Shown here: positions 40,661 to 52,689 of the stretch, piece after piece
Layout of the letters: each line of letters opens with the position of its first letter
Position numbering within the stretch: the first letter of the stretch is position 1
Assembly: GCA_028023455.1 (NCBI GenBank)
Contig: JAQFVV010000005.1
Span: 22,072,001 to 22,136,000 of the forward strand
DNA length: 64,000 nucleotides
DNA from: Epiperipatus broadwayi
Lineage: Eukaryota > Animalia > Onychophora
Direction: 5' to 3'
The notes under the pieces: model-generated
Databases searched by the model: none
What the model was told of the DNA's origin: nothing
The model's input: the letters and a program-made list of their open reading frames with translations, nothing else
Position numbers and translations under genes: made by a program

Positions 40661-41309
40661 TGACTATTTTGGAATAATCATAAAAGAATGTTTTAGTATT
40701 GTTTGTTCATATGAATAGCAAAAATATAATTATAGTCTATTTACTTGGTAAAAAAAATGAGAAAACAATCTTTAAATAAATCTTTGTATGATGAAGGCTT
40801 CTCTAGAAATCCTTCATTAAAGGTTAGTGAATGAAAAGACAATGCTCACTAGTCTTGCTAATTATCCAGAGATAAAGATTTGAGCTTTTGTCTATCCTTG
40901 TTTTATCCTTAATTAAGAATAAGTAGATATCCATTGATTAATTGATTAGTCATGGTATAGATATTTGTCAAAATAAATCCAAAATCTGATGACTGGATTA
41001 TCGCCCACATCATAAGCATGACAAGCAAATTTATTGCATTGCACTAAATCATTCCTAATTTTGTTTAAATATATACAGCATATAAATATTACTTTTATAT
41101 TAATATTCATTCATATACAAACAATATTGAACATTCTATATTAATATATACATTTAAATATATTTTGTTTATATATATAAAATGAATATATAAACTCAAA
41201 GTCCTTATGATAGGAAAATATTGTTTGCTACCAAGAGTACTTAATCTAAGATTGAAGTTGTGTGGGTATGAGTCGTATTTTTATTATTTTTTTCTAAGCA
41301 ATTATTAAG

Positions 41310-42200
41310 TCTAATACAGAATGGTCTCTCCAAGTCTATTCCATTATTTCTGATCTATAACTTTTTTTATTTCATATTACTCTAGCAAACTTGTTTTATT
41401 TAATTCATTCATTTCACATGTGTCCATTTTCTAGATCTTTTAATATCTCTTAAAATCCAGTTTAGGCCTTCAACTATTCAACTTTTGTCATATATTTCTT
41501 GCAATATGCCACTAGTTTCATTTTCAGTCTTTTAATCCTCTAAATGATGTCAATGATATATATTTGTTTTTCTCACCATGTATTTTACTCTTTTCCTTGC
41601 ATTCAATTTTAATGAGCACACTCCACTGAGGTGTATTGTCTCTTTCTATGTTGCCTTTTATTATTGTGCACCCATGTCTCAGATCTACTAGTCAGCATTA
41701 CCAGACATCATGTTGTTATCCAAAAAAATTTGTATTATGGTTATTTCTATGAAATGCGTATCTAGATTACATATTTTAAAATGTAGTACATGTAAAGATT
41801 TTGGTTTAGTAATTAATATTCAAAAAACTCAAAGGCCAATGATGGAAGAAAAATATTCATCAAAGCTTGGATTGGTTATCAACTTGAGAATGTAAGTCAA
41901 GTTTCTTAACTTGATAACATTTTAAATAGAAAAATGGATTTAGATGTTGGAATGTCACATTCTAATGTGTTGCTGTTGTTTTTAACATATTAAAAGACAA
42001 AAATAACTGCTGCTACTAATGGACTGCAAATATGGCTATTTTACCTCATTCTATTGTATGGAAGTGAGACTTGGACACTACTGATTTATCATAAAAGCAT
42101 TATTTTTTTTATTTATTTAAGAATGCATCTAAAATGTTTAAAAATACAATGGTGAGATCTATAAAACCAATCATTATTTTCTTTAACTTATTGGATGTGA
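41310..42200. mobile_element. Two adjacent LINE relics: RTE 3' end on - (~41310-41715) and RT fragment on + (~41740-42200)
   Basis: The minus part matches the 62930-63360 copy. The plus part contains FGLVINIQKT and LYGSETWT-like decayed codons. Confidence 0.5.
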
Positions 42201-43559
42201 TACTTTACAATGAATAATGCAAGATTATCATCTAAAAGAATGTTTTGTAATAAACTTGAGCGTGGTTTTCGTGGGGAAAGTAAACTCGTTTACATTATAA
42301 GAATTATTTGAAAGATATTCTAAAGAAGTGCAGTATTGATTGTTTTCATTGAGAAAATATGACCATATATATATATGAATACATATATTTAAAAAAATAG
42401 CCATAATATCTTTCTTAACTTCACGCCCGTTGGTTAAGTAGGTTTCGATTTTTCTTATTTATTTGAATGTTAAATGGCAAAATAAAGTCTGCATACATGA
42501 AAAATTAAAATTCTTTCACGACTTAAACAGTAGCAATGCATCTTTAAAGCGAATAATATTGACAGATGCGGTTATCTTGTATCTAAAAATGCTTTTATAA
42601 ATTAAAAAGTTAAAAAGCAACAGAGCAGAAAACTAAATCAGTCGACTGGTCTGATAGTTACGTCATAGTTGTTCTCCAAGTGATTGATAGCAACTTTTTA
42701 AGCACCCTATAATTATTTTATTTAACTGCGTTATAATTAGAAATTTTAGCAATTATTTTTTCTTCTTTCGTTTTAGTAATATATATATATTTGTTTTCGA
42801 CGAGATGTCGATTTAGATGACAAATTTGCGAACGCTCCTGGACTCTTAACACGCTTCTATTAGCGCCCTTTGCTATTTTTATTAGGGAGAGTGTAAGATT
42901 GTACAGGATGTAAAGAAAATTTGTCTTATAGATTTGTAAAAGATTTGGCTATGAAAAGGAAGTCGAAGAACTTATGTTGTTCACTAATCCACTAACCTAT
43001 CATTTGAGGAGAGAAAGAAGAGAGAAAATTATTTTCTAAGTTAAACGCGTTACGGCTATTATGCTGAAAAAAATTCAAAAGCTGTTTGCCTTTGTTTCTA
43101 TTTATTCTAACAGCTTCGTAAGAAACTAAAAAAAATTCACATATGCTAATAAATATCAATATTTTCATAATTTTGTTATTCCAAAGATTTAGTAATAAGC
43201 ACTAATTTAAATAATTATAAACATTATTTTATATATTTATACAGTACACACTGTCATGAAATATTTCGATTATATTAGATGCCAATTAGGTCAACCTCTC
43301 TAGAAAGACACTGCTTGAATTATAAGTATACAGTTTCGATGTAAAATATATAGAAAGATGTGAAATGCATATATGTATCTTATAATATACAAAAATGAAT
43401 GAATGGCCTCAAGATGTAGAGATAATCACACCTACGCTGAGGTTCGAATCGCGGTCAAGCAATTTTTCCCCCCAAAGTTTTAGGATTTTTCTCAAGCAGC
43501 CAGCTATGGATAATTTATCTAATCATTTAACAGTGGTCTTTAAATAAATATAGTTAAAT

Positions 43560-44300
43560 GGGTATCGAACTATTCTTAGTTAGAGAATAAAATAAGGATA
43601 AAAAAAACTTATCAAACCATGCTGTTCTTCTGAAAAGAATTGTCGAAAAAGTCTTTATTATATCATTATCACCTTTATTATTTTCATCTATTATCAATCT
43701 ACTACAGGATAATAATATGTAATAATTACTGCAATCTTGCCTATTTCTTTCGTTTTTAAAAAATTGAAACAATAAAAGCATCCTTAAGATTCGATAGATG
43801 TCATAACTTCATGGATCCATATATTCCTTAAAAAAACTCCAATATTTTTAAAACTGACATATTACGATCACATTTTAAAACTTCTCCAGATATTTTCTCA
43901 GGAGCTGGAGTAAAGAGCTGTTTTCATTTTACTAAGCTGGATATCTTTGTCCAAATCTAAATGAGTAAATAGTTGGATATACCATTAAAAGTTATCATCT
44001 AAATTCTTGTATCATTATTCAAAATATAATCAAAACACTCTCTCCACCTGTTCAACATATCATTGTCATGACACAAAAGAATTTGTTCACTGGATTTAAT
44101 AGCATTATGATACAGTTTCTCAGAATTATATATTGTTTTCAGTGCATCACAAAAAAGTCTACAGTGACCACCATCAACAAATGTCTATCTTCCTTGCAAT
44201 TTTAATCCATCAATCATTTTAAAGCTTTCTTGGTTAGTCATTGAACGTCTGCCTTCTGATCATTATATTTAGGATTTCCAAATTTAATTTAATATTCTGT
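43560..44300 (-). mobile_element. RTE/BovB-like LINE relic (region leading into RT)
   Basis: Decayed minus-strand translation contains LNRWRECFDYILN, APEKISGEVLK and KNERNRQDCSNY, recognisable RTE pre-RT/RT motifs. Confidence 0.55.
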
Positions 44301-46259
44301 CAAGCAGAAAATGTATCCTTCCTTTTAATTGTTATGTTTATACTGTTATATAGTCAGGATTAATATCGCTAGTTATTTAAGAACAACACACAATACTATA
44401 AATAAGTATAAAGATATTTACTGTGATTATTTACAATACAATATATATATATATGGAATTTTGTATACAGATTATTTACAATACAATATATATATATATG
44501 GAATTTTGTATACAGAATATATACAAATATTTATATACAATGGTTCACCTCTTTTATGGGTGGCAAATTATGCAAGTCTACTTGTTAGTAGTACAGTTAA
44601 TATTTGGGAATGAATACTGTGATTTTTGAATCCAGACACTTCCAGCCTATATGTGGCTTACTTTATCTGAAGGTACAGGAGCTTACTCCTTCAAACTTGA
44701 GTATGTTTCACTGCATTCTATCATCTTTTGGATAATGGACATACTGTTGTTCAACTTCTGACTATTGTTTAATGTTATCTTTATATATGAAAGTTGTCTG
44801 TTTTTTATAAATAGACCTCATTACATAGTAATTTTCCTATTCTTACTGGAAAAATGAATTCATTGATTAAGCTTTCTAGTTGGTATATTTATGTCATTGT
44901 CTGTTAATTTCTTTTTACTGTTATTTCATTGATGTTTTATCGTAAGTTGAACCTATTATTAATAATATTGTAGTATGCATAAGATCATTATTTGAGCGTT
45001 CTTGCCTTGAAAAAAAATATCTTTTTTGAAGTTCATAGTCCTTAAAATAGCTTGATGAACATCTAGATCATATTTTGGCTTGGTTTTATTATTTCATGGA
45101 TCTGGGTTTATTATCAGATCTGGATTTTTCATCTTGTCTGATGAATTCTTCATTGTTGCACGGCATTTCATCACCTTTTGGTCTTATTTTATCTGAATAT
45201 CTGTGATGGGTATTGTCTGTCAATAATCTAATTAATGCAAACCTACAATGTAGGATTTGAGTACCTATCTATATTCCAGCTATTTTATTTTTGTTTTTAT
45301 GGCCATATTGATTAGACCTAAGAATTGATAGTTTTATCCTAAGTTATAGATCCAGTTTATTATCAATTTCTTCTGGATTATCCCTTTTTAATTTTGTTAT
45401 ATTTGTGAGTACTTTAATACTGTTTAGCCTAAATGACTGAACCAGTCATAGTAATTTTACTTCTTGCTTTACCCAAGAAGGGCATTTGATTACATTGGTA
45501 ATCAGTTAATCATTCCATTGCTAGGTTTCAGCTGATGATTATTTTTCCATTAATGATAGCACAAGTATTGTTTCAATATAATGAACATTACAGATCCTGT
45601 ATTCAAGTTGATTATTATTGATGTATTATTAATTATAATTTGTGCTATGGGGCTAGTCAATGCCTTACCTTATTTATACAAGTTTTGATTTTACTGATTT
45701 TACTTTACCCTTTAGGATTTTTAGAATGAATACTTCCATTCTTTTCTGAATGATTTTCAGCGCCACCTGGTGGCTCGTCCAGTTCTTGAGAAAAGCACCA
45801 AAAAATGCACAGCTTCTCTCTGATCAACACAATTACAATACCTACACACTCTATACCAATGAGAACAGTTAGTAAGAGTGTATTTTGATTAGTAACAGAT
45901 ATAACAAACTTTTGTGTTTATTTTTGCCTATTGATTCAGGCATTTTGAAAATTTTTAGCTGAAGATTTACTATTTTTGTTATGGTCAGTTGGGTTTTCAT
46001 TTAACCCCATTTTTTTGAGTAATAAATTTAATATTGAGATCCATTTTCATTAATGGAGTAGTTTGATTTACTATAGATTCAGTTACAATCATCTGAAATA
46101 TTGCAGAATCAAAAGTTATATTTGGGTTGGGTTTTTCTGAAGGTTTGTGATGATGGTGTTCTAGCTGTATTTTTATATTGGACTATTTCCATCATCTAAT
46201 ATGTGTGTTGAATGTCTTTAGAAAAGTTTAATTTTTAGTTAAATATTCCAAATGCATTC

Positions 46260-46409
46260 AACTGTTAGTAATATCACAGCAAACAGGTTAGTATATGCAC
46301 CAACTGTTAGTAATATCACAGCAAACAAATGTTAATAATATCACAGCAAACAGGTTAGTATATGCACTAACTGTTAGTAATATCACAGCAAACAGGTTAG
46401 TATATGCAC
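46260..46409 (-). repeat. 42-bp tandem array in the PLE-1 pLTR (also 49107-49256; two units at ~50041-50125)
   Basis: Unit GTGCATATACTAACCTGTTTGCTGTGATATTACTAACAGTT(A/G); three full units plus a 25-bp partial. Confidence 0.9.
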
Positions 46410-46449
46410 AACGTTTCGAGAGGTATTTTTCTCCCCTCTTCTTCAGGTG
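46407..46449 (-). ncRNA. Minimal type I hammerhead ribozyme in the 3' pLTR
   Basis: CAC-CTGAAGA-AGAGG(GGAGAAAAATA)CCTCT-C-GAAA-CG-TT-GTG has a CUGAnGA core, a 5-bp stem II, GAAA, a palindromic ACGT in place of helix III and a short stem I. Predicted cleavage between 46410 and 46409. Confidence 0.75.
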
Positions 46450-46474
46450 TTGCTGGCCTGACCAGTGACAGTAC

Positions 46475-46558
46475 TAGCATGGGATTCGAACCTGGGTCCT
46501 TAGATTCTTGATTATTGAAATTTAAGGTAACGCTCTAACCAACTGAGCCATCCTGCCA
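46475..46558 (-). promoter_or_regulatory. tRNA-like module with Pol III A and B boxes inside the pLTR
   Basis: A box TGGCTCAGTTGG (46539-46550), D-arm GCTC…GAGC, B box GGTTCGAATCC (46482-46492). The anticodon arm is extended and the acceptor and T stems are imperfect. Copies at 49322-49405 (-) and 49892-49975 (+). Confidence 0.8.
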
Positions 46559-46588
46559 AAGGCAACAGTATGTAGTAATTTCATATAC

Positions 46589-49042
46589 TTATCTATGAGG
46601 TTCCTCCTGATTTCTCCACTTTTTCCTCAGAGCAAAGTTGATTAGTGGTTTCCATACATTATGTATAGTCACACTAGGTTGGCTTATGGGATTTTTTGCC
46701 ATTGTCATGTGAGCAGCTTCTTTAAATTTTCTTCTTTGTACCTTTTCTTCTTTATCCAATATTTTTGTATTTTCCCAATTGAACGTATGTTCATTGGTCC
46801 ATACATGGTCTGCTACCTTAGACACATCTGTTTTCTCTCTTCTAATCATCAGTTTATGTTCTTGCAAGCGCTTTTGAATGGGATGGCTGGTCTCACCAAT
46901 ATATGTTCTTCCACATTCACATGGTATTTCATAGATGCAGTTTTTTCTTTGCAGCATTTCAAGTTTAGGCTTTGTAGATGTTAGAATTCCTCATAGTGTG
47001 GTATGGCTCTGGAAAGCTGTTCTGATGTTATACTGATTGCAGATTTTCCTTAATTTGTCTGCTATTTTTGGAATGTATGGATACACTACAGTACCAATAA
47101 TTGTCTTTTCTCTTGATGGTTCTTTTTGTTGTCTATTTAATGTTTTCTTAATAACAGCTGATGGATAACCATTTTTCTTAAGAGTTTGTTCTATATAGAT
47201 CTTTTCTTTTTCCAAATCACCAGTTTCTGAACAAACTTCTTTTGCTCTGTTCCACAGTGATAGTATAACTCCATGTTTTGTGTTTCTGGTGTGATTAGAT
47301 GTATAGGCTAGGTATTTTCCTGTATGTGTAGGTTTTCGGTAAACTGTAGTTTTGATTTTGCCATGAGGGAGTCTTGTCACAAGAACATCTAAGAATGCCA
47401 ATTTTTGTTCTTGTTCTGGTTCTATTGTGAATTTAATTGAAGGGGATATGTTGTTGATGTGTGTCCAGAAAGTTTGTAGCAATGCTTCACCATGTGGCCA
47501 TACAACAAATGTATCATCCACATAGCGAAGCCAAACTTTAGGTGGATAAGGAGTAGTTTTTATGGCTGTGGTTTCAAGTTCTTCCATGTAAATATTGCTA
47601 ATCAGGGGAGACAATGGTGAGCCCATAGCCATTCCTTGATTTTGTTGGAAGAATTCTGTGTTATATTGAAAGTAGGTTGTTTTTATACAGAATGTTAATA
47701 GTTCCATTATGCTATCAATAGGAAGAGCTGTTCTGGTTTGTAAACTATTATCATCATTTAATCTTTTCCTTACAATAGACAATGCTTCTTCACATGGTAC
47801 ATTTGTGAATAAACTTTCCACATCAAAGCTTACCAGTAAGTCAGTTCTTTCAATTTTCATGTTCTTGATTAATTCTACAAAGTGTCTAGAATCCCTGACA
47901 AATGATTGGGTCTTGCATGCCAAAGGACTTAGAACTTTGAGAAGAAATCTTGCCAAATTCTGGCAAGGTGAATCTCTAGAACTAACAATAGGTCGTAATG
48001 GAACATGATCCTTATGGATTTTAGGTAGACCATAAAGATGAGGAATTTTGCTGAAATATGATGTTATTTTACTCTTTTCTGAATCAGTGAAGTACTTGCG
48101 ATGCTTTCTGAGTAATGCTTGTAACTTTGTTTCCGTACTTGGTATCGGATCTTTTGCCACTTTTCTATATTGGCCTGCTGTGAGGAGTTCTTGTATTTTG
48201 TTGTCATAATCAGTTGTATCCATTACAACTGTTGCATTGCCTTTGTCAGCAGGGAGAATAATTATAGATTTATCTGCTTTGAGAGATTTAATTGCTTTCC
48301 TCTCCCCATAGGATATGTTTGACTGCAATTTTTGTTGCTTGTCAAGTGTTCTTTTTATTCTCCAGTGTAATTCTGCTGCTTCTTCTAAAGGCAATTTTTG
48401 AGTGACTTCCTCAGTGGCTGCCATTATATCTAATAAGGGGATATTAGATGGTGTTACAGCAAAGTTTAATCCTCTTTCAAGAACAGAAATTTCAGTATCT
48501 GTTAGATGTTTAGAACTTAGATTTTTAACAGATGAAGCTGTTACATTGCTTGGTACATTATGATTTTTGATATGCCCATGTAGGTTAGCAAGTTTCTTCT
48601 TTTGACATTCTTTTATTTTTCCATGTAATATAGAATATGATTTTCTTACTGCTTGAAAAACTCTCATGTAGTCATCGTCAGTAAGTTTATTTTTTAGAAG
48701 ACATTCTACATTATTAATTGAATGCATTGTTTGATACTTAGAAAACCTTTGAGCATTTATTCTTTCTCTTAACAGAGCTTCACTTGCTCTCTGAGTAATT
48801 TTCTCAGCTCTCTGAGAGTGAATTGGAGGTTTTAGTTGCAAACCTTTAGGAATTATCCCTTCCGATTTACATTTACATAGGAAAGTTAAATGATTTTCTA
48901 CTTTGGCCAGCTTTAGACATAGTTTTTCATAATGTCTAAAGTTTGATATAGTATCGGGTCCATACCGAATACTTAGTGTTTTTCTGAAGGTTTGTGATGA
49001 TGGTGTTCTAGCTGTATTTTTATATTGGACTATTTCCATCAT
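46589..49042 (-). pseudogene. PLE-1 polyprotein: reverse transcriptase + GIY-YIG endonuclease (817 codons, one in-frame TGA at 46991-46993)
   Basis: ORFs 46991-49042 and 46589-46957 are in the same frame (…SHTTL*GILTSTKPKLEMLQRKNC…). Motifs: KGLQL, LERGLNF, PADKGNATV, YGLPKIHK…PLRPIV, SFDVESLFT, GMAMGSPLSP, RYVDDTF, VYRKPTH, CIYEIPCECGRTYIGET…RLQEH. Confidence 0.95.
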
Positions 49043-49253
49043 CTAATATGTGTGTTGAATGTCTTTAGAAAAGTTTAATTTTTAGTTAAATATTCCAAAT
49101 GCATTCAACTGTTAGTAATATCACAGCAAACAGGTTAGTATATGCACCAACTGTTAGTAATATCACAGCAAACAAATGTTAATAATATCACAGCAAACAG
49201 GTTAGTATATGCACTAACTGTTAGTAATATCACAGCAAACAGGTTAGTATACG

Positions 49254-49296
49254 CACAACGTTTCGAGAGGTATTTTTCTCCCCTCTTCTTCAGGTG
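49254..49296 (-). ncRNA. Minimal hammerhead ribozyme in the 5' direct pLTR
   Basis: Identical core to 46407-46449. The third copy (50001-50043, +) has core substitutions (CCGAAGA, TCAAAA). Confidence 0.75.
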
Positions 49297-52124
49297 TTGC
49301 TGGCCTGACCAGTGACAGTACTAGCATGGGATTCGAACCTGGGTCCTTAGATTCTTGATTATTGAAATTTAAGGTAACGCTCTAACCAACTGAGCCATCC
49401 TGCCAAAGGCAACAGTATGTAGTAATTTCATATACTTATCTATGAGGTTCCTCCTGATTTCTCCACTTTTTCCTCAGAGCAAAGTTGATTAGTGATTTCC
49501 ATACATTATGTATAGTCACACTAGGTTGGCTTATGGGATTTTTTGCCATTGTCATGTGAGCAGCTTCTTTAAATTTTCTTCTTTGTACCTTTTCTTCTTT
49601 ATCCAATATTTTTGTATTTTCCCAATTGAACGTATGTTCATTGGTCCATACATGGTCTGCTACCTTAGACATATCTATTTTCTCTTTTCTAATCATCAGT
49701 TTATGTTCTTGCAAGCGCTTTTGAATGGGACGGCTGCTCACATGACAATGGCAAAAAATCCCATAAGCCAACCTAGTGTGACTATACATAATGTATGAAA
49801 ATCACTAATCAACTTTGCTCTGAGGAAAAAGTGGAGAAATCAGGAGGAACCTCATAGATAAGTATATGAAATTACTACATACTGTTGCCTTTGGCAGGAT
49901 GGCTCAGTTGGTTAGAGCATTACCTTAAATTTCAATAATCAAGAATCTAAGGACCCAGGTTCGAATCCCATGCTAGTACTGTCACTGGTCAGGCCAGCAA
50001 CACCCGAAGAAGAGAGGAGAAAAATACCTCTCAAAACGTTGTGCATATACTAACCTGTTTGCTGTGATATTACTAACAGTTAGTGCATATACTAACCTGT
50101 TTTGCTGTGATATTACTAACAGTTGAATGCATTTGGAATATTTAACTAAAAATTAAACTTTTCTAAAGACATTCAACACACATATTAGATGATGGAAATA
50201 GTCCAATATAAAAATACAGTTATATTTGGATTCTTTATAGTTTGACCATAAGGCTGTCATCTTTCATTCCATAAATGAAATAGACTTTTTAGTGTTTTCT
50301 TTAAGAAATCTTAAAAATTCATGGTTTAGTCCTTGCTTTCTAAGTGTTGTGGCAAAATCTCTAGACTTTTTTCTCTCCCCTGAACACAGAAATTGAAGTT
50401 GTACTTCTGTAATATTGTTAAGGGGGTTTGACAGAAATAAGAACATCAGTAGAGTAGAGATACTGTAATATCAAAATCTAGCTCAAAAGCATAGAAAGTA
50501 ACTGGAAATATAAAATTTTGTACATTAAAGAATCACACGAGCTTATAAAAGCTGCTAACTTAAATTCTGATTTGGTTTGCTATAAAAAAGAACTGAACTT
50601 GTTCTAAATTTGCTGGCCAATGTTCTGGATTGCTATGTTTGATCTCTTCCATGTAACCAATTGTCACCATTTTAATTTTGATTTTTTTTCTATCCGGTGG
50701 GGAAAAAAACAGTTTTTTTCTTCAATTTTCTTTACTGAAATGGGCAATCATTAATGTCTTTTTTAATTTTTTATTAATGCACTAATTTTGTTAGCTATCC
50801 ATTTTTCTTTTAAATAAATGACATAGATCTAAAGGAACCATGAGGTTAAGTCCTGTTCTGATTGTACCACTTATGTTGTCTATATTTTGTAGTACAATTA
50901 AGAGTAATATTCCTGATCATTTATAATGTAAAATATATATACAGTATACTATATACAGAATATATTCAAATATTTAGTTACAGTAGATTGTCTTCATTAC
51001 AATTAGTAAACTATACAAGTCTAATTGTTAGTTGTATAATTAATATTCGGAAAGAAATGTTGTGGGTTCCCTTTTGAACCCTGACACTTCCAGCCTATGA
51101 GTGGTTTGCCTTGTGTGCAGGTATAGTGATGACTGTAGCTAGCAGCTTTTTGCTTAAGGCTTGAGCATACCCCATTGCATCCTACAATTTTGTGTACAAT
51201 GTATGTATTACCCGCCTACTTAAGCCATTGACTATTTATTTTCTTTTATTATATATTGAATGTGTTTTTGATAATATTGCAGTAAATATAAATCCTTTAT
51301 ATAATGGTAAGCTTCTGTTGAGTTATGATGAGTTTGCAACATTAATTAATTAATTAATTAATTAATTAATGAAATCATTGTCAGAAAGTCAGACATTTCT
51401 TACATATATTAGGTACTTCTAAGGAACAAATCTTAATTTTTTAAGAATATGATTATAATAAGATTTATTTTTAAATATAAATATCATTCTAGTTTTGGAA
51501 CATTCTAATTTATGATCTATTCATGGATCTCCACTTGCAAATGTTGGTGAATATGAACTTTTTATATATTTGAATTCCTAACTATAATGTAATCTATTAA
51601 ATGATAGCAAGAATGGACAATCTCAGACCTGAAGTTTAACTCTCATTCTCAAAAGTCCATAATCTGGACCACATTTTTTTTCAAAATATGTATAATAAAA
51701 CAGTCTTTGATAGAATGTGTTCATTTGTTTTTGCTATGAGCTAACAATATTTTATCCCAAATGCATTTACTAAATCAAAAACAGATCCCAAATAGCTGAT
51801 GAAAAATTTGGAACACATCTTGTGAATCAACCATTACTAAAATTGCATTGGATATGAATTCATTGTTAAAAAAATAAGCAATGTCAAATATCTCATTAAA
51901 TTTTGGATTAAATTTTTATATTAACATTTTATTTTTATTTTTGTTTGCAAGTTATATAATTATATAAAAATGTAATAATTAATAAAAAGAAATTATTTCA
52001 CACTCAGCTGCCTACTATATATATATAATTTTATTGCACCAATCAGCGCATAACATCAGAGCTTCTTCAAATTAAATCACAATTTATTATAAACGTAATA
52101 TAAATTATAATACATAATAATTAG

Positions 52125-52169
52125 TGCCCGAGCGCTTTCAAGAGAACTTAGCTCTCATAATCATGGGCA
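52125..52169 (-). ncRNA. Hammerhead-like motif with A3/U8 core (inverted arm of PLE-2)
   Basis: TGCCC-ATGATTA-T-GAGAG(CTAAGTT)CTCTT-GAAA-GCGC-TC-GGGCA. Confidence 0.65.
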
Positions 52170-52689
52170 ACAAAGAGTAAGCATAACCAGGTTGCTATAT
52201 GCAAATATATGCAGATACATGTAAATTAATTGAACTATCCACATAAATCTAATTAATCCATTTCTTAGAAATTTTATAACACGCATCTTTCCTATTCATA
52301 GCTTTAGCGTCCATGGCTATAAAATATGCCTCCTTAACCTTTCTCTTAACATCATTTCTTTCCCTACAAACTATTCTTGGATTGTCAGGTTCACATGCAT
52401 GACCAGCTGATTTCTGATGCATTGCACATATTGAGTTGCTAGTCGGGTCTGCTTGGGCCTTGTTGTAAGAATATCTGTGCTGGGACAATCTTGTTGAGAG
52501 AGTTGCTTTCCTTTCTCCATAGTATGATGCCAAGCAATTATTTTCTGTGCATGAAATATTATAGACGGCTTGAGAAATGTTGTTGGGTGTTACTATATTT
52601 TTTGTATTGTTGATAATTCTATTGGTATTAGGGGGTGTGAAAACATAGTTGAAATTCTCTATTAAATACTGAGTACAAGATGCATTAAC

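Larger units (their letters stand above)
46131..50217 (-). mobile_element. PLE-1: near-intact Penelope-like retroelement (Penelope/Poseidon-type)
   Basis: RT + GIY-YIG frame. Direct pLTRs 46131-46889 and 48978-49736 (offset 2847). Inverted 5' arm ~49733-50219. TSD AGTTATATTTGG (46114-46125, 50218-50229). Confidence 0.95.

Noticed and set aside
46260-46409. CRISPR-like array
   Set aside because: Contiguous tandem units with no unique spacers, in a eukaryotic retroelement context.
46661-48008. Plus-strand ORFs (46661-46984, 47709-48008) and similar antisense ORFs in PLE-2
   Set aside because: Shadow frames opposite the RT/endonuclease coding strand.
49436-49798. Two overlapping ORFs with mirrored N- and C-termini
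   Set aside because: Artefact of the fold-back junction of PLE-1 at ~49733.
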